This document shows, in pieces, positions 53,101 through 64,000 of a DNA stretch of 64,000 nt (position 1 is its first letter; every line of letters begins with the position of its first letter). The stretch comes from Lama glama (lineage: Eukaryota), in NCBI GenBank assembly GCA_028534125.1, contig CM052818.1, positions 8,372,001 through 8,436,000 on the forward strand, in the 5' to 3' direction. Position numbers and translations under genes: made by a program. The notes beneath the pieces were generated by a model that saw only the letters and a list, made by a program, of their open reading frames with translations, made no database searches and had not been told where the DNA came from.

Positions 53101-54395
53101 AAAAGACAAAGAATAAAATGTCTGAAGATTTCCACAGAGACATTCACAATTACAACCTTTAAATAATACTAAGGGCTTAAACTTTTTTCATTATCATTTG
53201 GCTTTATAATTTTAGAAACATAATAGTTGTATGTTTAACAAAAAGATTTTAAAATGCTTCTGTTACACTCTTCAGTATGAACAAGCAACCAGCCTTGTTT
53301 TAAAAGGTTTGACACTTTCTTTCTAGGAATTGTCATATTGCCCAAATTAGATTATTAGGAGCTTTGTTGTTACAAAAAGGGGATAAAAATGTGCAACAAA
53401 AATCTATCCCATCTTTCTTTCTTAGTCCTGTAATTACCATGAGCAATTTGATTTATTTGCCATGGAATTCATTTACCTAGGAAAATCATACTTAATGTTC
53501 AGGCTACAAATTAAATACTGGGTGGTTGTGCTTTACTATATGACAAGTAAAAGCTTGTAAAGAAAAGTAGCTTAAAAGCACAGTAAGCTTCACTTATACT
53601 GCAGTGTTTTTAACGAAACACTTTTACCCACCTTGGGTAAAAAGTAAAAGCAGTTCATAGCTACTTTTGTATTAATGCTTAGTGTGGCAAATTATTTAAC
53701 TGAAACATTCTTAATTAAACATGCCCCACCAAAAAACCTCACCAAATTGCATTGCCACCAAATGACTAACAAGTACACAACAGTTGGAAACTGTCAAAAT
53801 ATTTTACAGCTCAATTGTAATTACCAACCAAGTCTAAGCATGCCCCGAGTGGGCGTTAACTCTATATTGGGGGATGCAAAACATTAAGCAGCAGTCATTT
53901 TTTTAGTGGTTTCTAATTTAAACATTGAAAATTCCTGACTAACTAGAAAGACTTTTGTTGTCTTTAGTGAAAAATCTGTAAAACATCAATATGAGATAAT
54001 AATCTATCATTTTCATAGATTCACTAGTGAAAGGCCTTTAAAAAGATATCTGGCTAATATCTTACTATTATATTGAATATATTGATTGGTTGTCTTTGAA
54101 AGGTATTAAGTGATCTTAAGACATAAGTATTTTCTGTCATCCTTATCACAATAGATGTAGCCAAAAATAAGTGGGAAGGTGTGATTATGGAGAACTGTCA
54201 ATAAGGAAGTAGAGCTGGAGAGTTTCCAGAGGGGAGAATGCGCACATCGTTTGCCATTTGAAGTAGGAAAGCATCCAGCCACTCTTCTCTCCTCACCATA
54301 AAGAGTACCAAGGAGTGTAATACAGATGAGGCTCTGTGATGATCTAACTTTGGTGTCTTTTCAAATGGAAAAGAACTCGGTTAACTACTACTAAC

Positions 54396-54455
54396 CGTAA
54401 GCCGGGTGGAATACGGCTTCAGGTTATCATATCCATCCACTACTCTTACTGTCAG
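54396..54455 (-). CDS. EHBP1: Candidate alternative (cassette) exon of EHBP1, 60 nt, LTVRVVDGYDNLKPYSTRLT
   Basis: Strong acceptor ttctgctttctgtttctgtccccag, donor ACG/gttagt, 20 stop-free codons. Phase 0/0 is compatible with the downstream exon at 37169. Confidence 0.55.
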
Positions 54456-55608
54456 CTGGGGACAGAAACAGAAAGCAGAATTTACCACGGAACACATAAG
54501 TTTTGATTTTCTGAGTTCCCTAACTCTATTTTCCTGAGAGGTATCAATCAGAGGAAAGTGTTCAAAAGGCAGATGAATAATAAACTCAGAACATTCCACT
54601 GTTTAAAACTTAAAATGCAATTATATTATTTAATTTTAAATATACTTTAACATATAACTATGGTTACATAGGAAGCTTCAATTATACTTGTTTCATCTTA
54701 AGCTGAAAGATGGACGCACAGGTATTCATTGTAAACAATACTTTCGTGTTTTTATATGACTAAAAAATTGAATTGAAAATTACAAGAGAAAAATTACAAC
54801 ATAATAATCACACCTGCCATCAACTGTTTAGGTTAGTTATTCAATAAATGGATTCCACTTGGATCACATTGTGAGTTAATAAGAAAAAGATTTAAAAGAG
54901 TTAAATTTGAGGTTCTACATTCTTCTCAAAAGAATCATAATCACTGAACCATTATGAGCAAACTAGATGAAATGTTAAAACAACTGGGAATGCTGATTAC
55001 TGCCATGTAGTCAGAGTAGCTGAGTGGGTTAGCTCTTGATAGTGAGAAATATTTTGGTTTTATAAAACAATTTTCTGTACTGAATACTTGGACACAAAGT
55101 TTGTGGAGAAGATAAATGTACATTCCAGCTGTATTATACAGGCTGTAGTGGTCTCCAACTTCTATCGCATGCCAGTATCAAAAAAAAGAAAGAACATTCT
55201 CATAGGTATATATTTATGTATTACACACATGTGCTATTATATATTATAAAATGTATAATATACCGTAAGTGGAAATTTAAAGAGGAGAAAAAGATGAAAT
55301 TAGCAATGACAATATTTTAGTTAACTTATTAATGGTATAAAAACTGATTTTTCTCTCATAAAAAAGAATAGCGTGATAAAAAAGGGCTTTATTTTTGAAA
55401 ATCTTGATTTGGTAATTTGAAGGTCTAGTTCTAAAATGTATATGTTGATACCTGGTTTGAATGGTTGTCATAGCTGGAAAAGATACATCACAAAGATACA
55501 TAAATCTAAATGTAGTAAGTTCATCAATACTAAATCAGGATACTCATTTTTCAGTTCCACGTACCAATTCTGCAGAAGATTTTTGTTGATACCTAGTTTC
55601 TATTTCTT

Positions 55609-55754
55609 TTGTTTTTGGTTTTTTTTGGGGGGGGGAGGTAATTAGGTTTATTTATTTATTAATTATTTTTTATTTAACAGAGGTATGGGGATCGAACCCA
55701 TGACCTTGTGTGTGCTAAGCATGGGCTCTACCCACTGAGCTCTACCCTCCCCAC
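55609..55754 (-). mobile_element. tRNA-derived SINE (Vic-1-like) with perfect 17-bp TSD
   Basis: A and B boxes on the minus strand. TSD cctagtttctatttctt at 55592-55608 and 55755-55771. Confidence 0.92.
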
Positions 55755-56821
55755 CCTAGTTTCTATTTCTTGATGTCAATTAGTTGCAGTTAAAACTCCA
55801 CTAAAATTTTTTATTTGGACTTTAAAAACCCGGTTAGAAAATTCTGTTTTCAGGTTCTTGAAGTGTACTGATACAAGAGTTTAAAAAGGTGAGACGTTAA
55901 AAAGGTATTGTTTTTAGCAACAAAATAATATGAAAATATTTCTGTAGACACTGAAGGCTGGCTAACTAGCATCCATTCTTATGCCTGCTTCTTCTAAGGA
56001 ATCAGGGAAAGTGTGATACTCACGTCTCCTAATTTACCTTGTAGCAAAGGATAGTCATGCGACAATCTGGCCAATGTAATATGAGTGGAAGATTACAGAA
56101 ATATGAAAATCCAATGAATATTAATTGGAAGCATAGGCTTTCCTGAGAAAAAGGACAAATGTGAGGATTCCTCTTCTATTTGTACTTCTCTTTCCACAAG
56201 ATTCTTTCCATCCTCTACCTGATATATGACCCTCTAATATGTAGCTATGTAGGCTGAGTAAAGGTACCTATGTTAAGGTACATATTAAATATTAGTAAAG
56301 TGTAATTTCTGTTTAAATTTTAGATTAAAAAATACAGGTACAAGCTTGAATATATTCTTCCCATACCCAGTGGATTATCCTGAGCACTCCTTGGGGGGCA
56401 CTTTGGAAGCCACTGTTTTAAATAATACAAAGGGCTAGATATGTCCAACAAAAATACTTGCAACAATCCTGTGACTTATTATTATCCATATTTTAGAGAC
56501 AAGCTTCAGACAGGATAAGAGACCTGCCAGAAAACAATGCATGAATACTCTGACTATAAATGATTTTTATGGTTATAAATTTCAAGACTGGAGAATGTTT
56601 TTAAGGAATAAGTGTTTTTATTCCATTTGCCAAGCTGCATTAAACACAATTACAATTAAGTTACACCAAAAATATGTCAACTGTTTAAAGCATAAATAAT
56701 AGTTAAATAGCCACATTTTTATATGGAAACTTTCATGAGTTACCAATGCTGCATGTTTATATGCTGTGCTTCATTATAATGAATATGATACAAGAAACTG
56801 GAGAAAGACTCATTTTCATTC

Positions 56822-56954
56822 TTTGGTTTTTTTGGGGGGGGCAGGTAATTAGGTTAATTAATTAATTTTTTTAATGGAGGTACTGGGAATTGAACCCAGT
56901 ACCTCATGCATGCTAGGCATGTACTTCTACCACTGAGCTATATACCCTCCTCCA
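56822..56954 (-). mobile_element. tRNA-derived SINE (Vic-1-like) with 20-bp TSD
   Basis: A and B boxes. TSD agaaagactcattttcattc (56802-56821) / agaaagacccattttaattc (56955-56974), 2 mismatches. Confidence 0.9.
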
Positions 56955-56999
56955 AGAAAGACCCATTTTAATTCCTATCTTGATATCTTTTCTTTTTTT

Positions 57000-57318
57000 T
57001 AAATTAAACTAATTTTTATTTAATTTTTTATTGAAGTATAATTAATTTACAATGTTGTATTAGTTTCTGGTGTACAGGAAAGTGATTCAGTTATATAAAA
57101 TTTTCACATATATATATCATTTTCACACTCTTTTCCATTACACGTTATTACAAGATATTGAATATAGTTCCCTGTGCTATACCTTAGGTCCTTGTTGTCT
57201 ATGTATTTTATAACCCCTTTTCTTTTTAAATTTCTCTTTGTTTATTGAAGTATAATTGATTATAATATTATGTTAGTATCAGGTGTACAGCAAAGTGATT
57301 TGTATATATATATTTGCA

Positions 57319-57353
<35 letters not shown>

Positions 57354-57445
57354 TTCTTCAGATTTTTTCCCATTGTAGGTTTTTATAAGATACTGAACAG
57401 AGTTCCTTGTGCTATATAGTAAACCCGTGTTATTTTTTCTTTTTT
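57000..57445 (-). mobile_element. Two adjacent short L1 3' termini with an internal (TA)n
   Basis: ttattgaagtataatt...gtttctggtgtacag..aagtgatt...atagttccctgtgctata occurs twice. Confidence 0.75.
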
Positions 57446-57915
57446 AAATCTGTGCCTCGACGCAGAGGACTTTAAGTCATCAACACATCTTTCTAACACT
57501 TACTGCACTCTTCCTATGAAAAGTACCAAGGATACAAAGGTAAGAAATGGACCTTGGCACTGAAGAATTCATAACTGAGTAAGAAGGCATAAACAACTAT
57601 TGTGGCATAATGTGATGAGAGTGATAAAAACAGGTTTCTACACAGTGTTAGGGGATCATAGAGTAGAAAGTGGTGTCAACAAATGCCTTAAAAATGACAT
57701 TTGAGCTAGACTTCTGAAGGATGAGCTCGTCCTCACCAAAGCCCTGCATAAACATAGGAAATCTGAAACTTCTAACGCCTACTCAAAGGCGTGTCTGGTT
57801 TAATCTAGATTATTTTCAAGGTACAACCAGAAATAAGGATAGTTCTGAAGTTCCTAAAAGTCTCAGGCTCGGGACTAAAGTCAGAGGTCAAGGATAGATA
57901 CAGATGTCACAGAAC

Positions 57916-59302
57916 AGCAGTTCGTGAAGTTTTTGGCTTCAGGACTCCTTTATGCTTTTAAAAATTATTGATAACTCCCTTGAGCTTGTTTATGTGGGCA
58001 TATCTACTGATATCTACTATATTAGAAATTAAAACAGAAAATTAAAAATATTTATAAACACTACAATATACCTTACCTGTTAATATACCTTGAAAACTTT
58101 ATTTTCCAAAGAAAAATATGGAGAAGATTGGCAGTATTTTACATTTCTGCAAATCTCTTTACTGCCTGGCCTAATAGAAGACGGCTAGATTCTAATATCT
58201 GCTTCTGTTTTCAATCTGTTGGAATGTGCTGTTTTGATTGAAGCAAATAAAGGAAATCCAGCACACAGATACATTGTGGGAAAGGGAATTTTAAAAGCCT
58301 TTCCAGGCAATTGTGACAATTTCTTCTTTGATACTACATCAAAACTCACAAGTGGTGGTTTCTTATGTAGAATCTGAAAACATATAAATGAACTTTTCAA
58401 ACTGTTATATTAAAGTCCATAGATCTATTAAAATCCACTGATTTATCTTGCAGTTTGAAATTATCTATGTATAATTCTGAAACATTATTCATTGGTCATT
58501 TGGCAAATATTAATTCCCTGAATTATACAGATATTCCAATTGTTGACACATTTCATTATTATGCAATATTAAAAATAAGATTTCTTAATATCATCACCAA
58601 TCTGTTCAGAAAAGTCTTTTAAGTACTGGGACAATCTGAAGCTTAAAGGGGCAGATATGAATTTTTCAAAATTCTACTTTTTACTGGAAAGCTCTAACTA
58701 TCATTGGCAACATTGTCAGCTGGGTTTTTCTTGAAGTGGCAAGGTCATTTTGTTCCTTTTCGAGAAAATATCTACCAAATAATGAAGTCTAAATAACCAC
58801 AGTTTGTCATTCTTTCAAGTAAAAATAGTGTTCCCCGACGCAGGTATCTAGCCAAGCTTACAACTCAAACAATAGTGCATGTGCTTTCCCTCAAGACAAT
58901 GGTAGTACTTTGACATGAAGCTGAAGTGTTTTATGCATACTTCCCATTTTATCATAGAATATTAAAAGAATGTGTACTTTAAGGATCATACTTAATAAAA
59001 TTAATGCTTTTCACTGCTTTATAAAGACATTCTTAGGGGAAATTCACTTTTTTTTTTCTTTTGAACTGAGACTGCATGGCCATGAAGAATACAATGACTA
59101 CTATAACAGTTTGGTACCACTGCCTTGACTCATGTGTTGGTGCCAGCATGTTTTACCCACCATTGCTTTTGCCCAATCATTGCAAATGTCCACACAGTAA
59201 AGAAAGCAAGTAACATCTCAGTATTACTATAAAATTGTTCTTTACTTCACAGACTCATCAAACTATCTCATGGACCTCAACTAACCATACTTTGAGAACA
59301 GC
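57916..59302. mobile_element. hAT-Charlie (Charlie1-like) longer element
   Basis: Ends resemble those of 29964-30485 (ttttggcttcaggactcctttatgc..., catactttgagaacag). Confidence 0.75.
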
Positions 59303-60409
59303 AAACAAAGATGACCAGCAAAAAGGCAGATGTTCTTCCTATATTCCACTGTGCTAAGGGCACCAGACTGTGGGCTAGGAACTGGATTCATCTTGGTAAT
59401 GAAATACCCCCTGCCCTCTAGTAGAAGTGGACCCAGGGCTGAAATTCATAGATATTAAGAATGTGAATTACTCATGATATATATTTTTCACATATTCAAA
59501 TTAGAAATCTGGACAGATGTGGTTTTACTTTATTATATCATAAATACTATCAGAAACCAGTGGCAATTTAATGACTACTAATTACTTTTAACAGCTTTTT
59601 TCTATAAATCTGTAAGACTTTAATTTTAGTGTTAAAGTTAAATCTTAAAAACTTGCAAGGACTTAGATGGTGACATAGTATAGCAAGCAGTGCACCCAAT
59701 TAATAGATGATGAATACTACTGAAAAATGACTAGTGGTTCCTTTACAAATGAGCAAGCATGCAGGCTTGGAAGTACTACGGAAGCTGTGTGCTTGGCTTG
59801 CAGTGGAGAAAAACCTCCTGTTGCTATCTGGCTCCCTCCCTTCCTTCAGGTACACTATGGGAAGGTACTGGAGAGAATGAGCACTCCCCATAGTTGTCAA
59901 TTATTTCACTCATATATAATTTGTGGCCAGCTTCCTCAGTAACAACAAAATAACTGTGCTGCCCAGACAAGGAGGAAAACAGAACAAAACAAAAACCAAG
60001 ATTTAATGGGTCCCTCCAAAGACTAAGTATCTCTAAAAGTTAATGTAACATCATAGAACTCATGAAGTAAAGATGGTTTCTTTGTCCTCCAACTCCTCTA
60101 ATGTGTAGTCTATACTAGTGGTTAAAAACCATTTATAGCTTTGATCTCAACAAGTACATTATTAAAGAATCTAGGTGTCACGTAGAATAAAACAATTTTT
60201 TAAAATTTTCATACCTTTTTCTGAAAAGTACAAGTCTATATATGTTTCATGGATGATACAGTTTTAAGAAAAGTAAAAACAAGTAACTTTCATTGAAAAG
60301 TCTTCCTGTTTTAGGAGATTGTTACTGCTCTCTCTCTCTGTATATGCCAGATACCTCAGTTCAAGAATACTCTGGAAACAAAGACAAATCTATCATTGAC
60401 AAAAATCAT

Positions 60410-60710
60410 GAACTGGCAGGTTTCCTTTCTCCTGAGGCCTCTCTCCTTGGCTTGTGGCCAGCCACCTTCTTGCTGTGTCCTCATGGGTTTTCCTCCTTGT
60501 ATGCGTATGTATGGTGTCTCTTTGTGTATTTAAATTTCTACTAATAAGGACACCAGTCAGATTAGATTAGGGTCCACCCGTATGATCTCACTTAACCTTA
60601 GTAACTTCATTAAGGGCCCTATCTCTAAATACAGTCACATTCTGTGGTACTGGGAAGGAGTTAGGGCTTCAACACACAAATTTTAGGGGAACAAAATTCA
60701 GCCTAAAACA
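60410..60710 (-). mobile_element. ERVL-MaLR LTR fragment (MLT1A/B/C-like)
   Basis: taaggacaccagtcagattagattaggg, ccctatctctaaatacagtcacattctg, gttagggcttcaacac. Confidence 0.8.
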
Positions 60711-60714
60711 GACT

Positions 60715-62330
60715 AGTGTCTAATGCTCAAAGCACAACAATAAAAAAAAAAGCACTCCAATCAGAAAATGAGCACAATACATTACTAGACAGTTTGTTGA
60801 AGAGAATATATAGATGTCAAATAAACTAATGAACAGATGCTCAACATTATTAGCCTTTAGAGAAATACAAACTAAAGCCACAGTGACATATCACCATATA
60901 CCTACCAGAACGGCTAAAATGAAAAATAATGATACTACCAAATGCTGGGGAAGATGTGGAGAAACTGGATCAATCATACATTGTTGGTGGGAATGTAAAA
61001 AGTTACAGCAACTCTAAGAAAATAATTTGGCAGTTTCTTAAACTGAACACACAATCATCATACAACCCAGCAGTGGCACTCCTTGGCATTTACGCCAGGG
61101 AAATGAAAATTTATTCACACAAAAACCTGTACATGAATGTTTATAGCAGTTTTTAGGCACAAGAGCAAAAAAGCTGGAAACAATCAGATGTCCTTTACCA
61201 GGTGAGTGTTTAAACACTGGTATATCCACCCCATGAAGAACTACTCAGCAATTAAAAGAAAAGAATTACTGATACATGCAACAACTTGGATGAATCTTCA
61301 GAGAATTATGGTCCGTGAAAAAAGCTAGTTCCAAAATATCACATACTGTATAATTCCATTTATATAACAGCCTTAAAATGACAAAATTATGGAAATAGAG
61401 AACATTAGTAGTTGTGGCTATAAAAGAGAAACTCCAGGTATCTTTGTGGTAATGTAAATGTTTTATGTCTTGACTGTATAAAAGTCAATATCCTGGTTGT
61501 GATATGTACTACATAGCTTTGCAAGACGTTACTATCAGGGGTAACTGCATAAAGTGTATGTAGGATCCTTTCTGTATTATTTCCTAAAATTGCATATGAA
61601 TCTATAATTAATTCAAAGTAAAAAGTTTAATTAAAAATTATCATTTGCAGCAGTTTTTAAAATATGAAACACTCTGGCATAAACTAGACTAAAAATGTAG
61701 AATATGTGTACACTGAAAACTATAAAACTTGCTGAGAGAAATTAAAGACCTAAATAAATGGAGAGATATGCTGTGTTCATGGACTGAAGGGCTCAATATT
61801 GGTAAGATGTCAGTTATCCCCCAAATGAACTATAGATTCAATGCAATCCCAATCAGAAATTGACAAGCTCATTATAAAGTCTGCAATATAAGGAAATGTA
61901 AAGGGCCTAGAATAGCCAAAACAACACTGAAACACAACAAAGTTGGTTGACTTCCATTTTCTGACTTTAAAACTCAGGATAAAGTGACAGTAATTAACAC
62001 AGTGTGGTAATGTATAAAGGTAGACAAACAGATCATTGGAACAGAAGTGAGTGCAGAAATTGACCCACACATGTGCAGTCAATTAATTTTCCACAAAAGT
62101 GAAAAGGCAATTCAGAGAAGAAAGAATAACTTTTTCAATAAGGTGTTGAGATGACTGGATATCCATATGCTGAGAAAGAACAAGCAATAACAAAAATATG
62201 AAGACACACAAAAAAAGCTTCAAATCATACCTTGTACCATATAAATCTATAAAGCTTCTAATGAAAACATAGAAGGAAACTTTTGAAATCTTGGCTAGAC
62301 AAAGATTTCGCATATACTACATCCCAAGCA
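60715..62330 (+). mobile_element. LINE-1 fragments (3' UTR piece followed by ORF2 piece)
   Basis: gatgctcaacattattagcctttagagaaatacaa, aaataaatggagagatatgctgtgttcatgga, tatagattcaatgcaatcccaatc. Confidence 0.85.
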
Positions 62331-64000
62331 AGGTCTTGTGAATTAATACTATCTTGTATTTATCTACTTATCTCCATGTCTGTTGTCACCACTTAGCCTT
62401 GGCCACCATCATCTTTTGCCCAGACAATTTCTGTTTCCATTCCCTCCTACTTCTACCTCTGCCCCGTCTGACCATTTTCATAAAAGTGAGAATGATTTTT
62501 TGAAGCATCATATAATTTCCCTGCTTAAACTCTTTAACAGGTTCTCAGGTCCCTTAGGATAACATGGCCCTCAAAGGGCTGGCATGATCTAACGCTTCTC
62601 GAATTCTCAGCTTCATCTTGCACTACTCATCCTGCTTGCTCATACTGCTCGAGCCACACTTGCCCAACAGTTCCTCTAAAATGTCAAACTCCTCTGATAT
62701 GACAACCATGGCTGTTCCTTCAGCATAAATTACCCCTTCCTCTCTCCTTCGTTATCCAACTAGCTAATCCATACTCATCTTTCAGACCTCAACATAAATG
62801 GCACTTCTATGGAGAGGTTTTATTTGACCCCCAATTTAAATTTACACCCCAAGGCCTTTACACTTGCTGTTTTCTCTGCCAGGGAAGCATATGTCTTACT
62901 CCTTGACATCATTTAGGAAACTAATCAAACATCACCTTCTCAGATAGACCTTTCATGACCACTAATTTAAAAGATCATCCTGCCACTACTCTTTAACACT
63001 TATTACTTTGCTTTATTTTCTTATCCAATATGAAATGACATTTAATTATTTGTTCACTAATTTGTAATCTTTCTAACTCTCAAGAATGTGAGCATCCCAA
63101 GGGCAGGGCTTTGTCTTGTTCACCACTCCATCCATATTGCCTAGCACATAGCAGGACTCTGGGAATCTGCTATATAAATTTAGAAGCTCAGTCTTGAAAG
63201 GAAGAGAGACATGTAAATGAACAACTATAATACAGAGAGGTATGGGAAATGAGTGAGCACCACAAAGGATGGAGGTATAGTCTTTGATTTGATGTCTCGG
63301 AAGAGATCCTTACACAGGAGGCACTTGAGTTAGATCCTAAGAGATGCACAGGAGTGGATTCACTGGAAACTCTAGGTAAAGGTCTTACAAGTACCACCAT
63401 AGAGGAATGGAAGAGAAAGTATGTGAAGGAAACTGTAAATATTGGAGAAAGAAAGACCACTGCACAGGGTTCATGTGAGGGGAGTGCTCATAATATTTCA
63501 CCTGCTCAAAATGTCTCTCCTCCATTTCTGTGTCCCAATTCTACCAAACCAGTAAGATATAGGTTCAAATGTCATTTCCTCCATGAAACATTTTTTTTGT
63601 CTTTCCTTTCTCCCAAATTCCATAACACATTCCATACATCACAGTTCCTTATAATTTACCCTCTAAAATCTTCCTACTTTATGGATATTTAATTACTCTA
63701 CATATATTATTTCCCCTATAAATCTTTTACTACTTGTAATCCAAATACCAAAAAGATGTCAAAAATAAATTAGAAAGATAAGTGATCATTCTTTAGATTT
63801 GGTGGTGGTGAAAGGAGGTATGTATTACTAACTTGTAAATGATCACTGTTAAATCACAGATTGGGGGTAGGAACTCATTAAAAAACCTGTGCTAGATGAA
63901 GAAACTATGGAAGAATTTTTCTCCTTTGGAGGAGCAGACATTTTGGCTCAATAGGTTTAGACTTTTCTGCCTTATCCCAAATTTTCAATCATTTATTTTC

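Noticed and set aside
53622..53642. TTTTACCCA-cct-TGGGTAAAA hairpin
   Set aside because: Short AT-rich stem within chance expectation for 64 kb

Overview
AT-rich mammalian genomic DNA, probably from a camelid, judged from a recurrent tRNA-derived SINE that resembles the camelid Vic-1 family. The whole window lies inside EHBP1 (EH domain-binding protein 1) on the minus strand. Five coding exons were mapped with GT-AG boundaries and consistent phases: 37169-36991, 36405-36357, 32254-31352, 26946-26803 and 1852-1705. They encode the calponin-homology domain and the following linker and coiled-coil region. The rest is intron, containing many L1, L2, MIR, MaLR/ERVL LTR, hAT-Charlie and TcMar relics, four SINEs, a 5'-truncated SARNP processed pseudogene and a 500-N gap. 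The best leads are: (1) a frame-preserving 60-nt candidate cassette exon at 54396-54455 that would insert 20 aa just before the CH domain; (2) a repeat-poor ~8 kb intronic block rich in developmental TF motifs, a probable enhancer cluster, possibly for the neighbouring OTX1; (3) an inverted L1 pair flanking a four-exon, 1275-nt phase-0/phase-0 block that could circularise into a stop-free circRNA; (4) several strong 3' splice-site-like elements upstream of the CH exon. I found no prokaryote-type system such as a CRISPR array or operon. Repeat family names and boundaries come from recognition by eye and are approximate.
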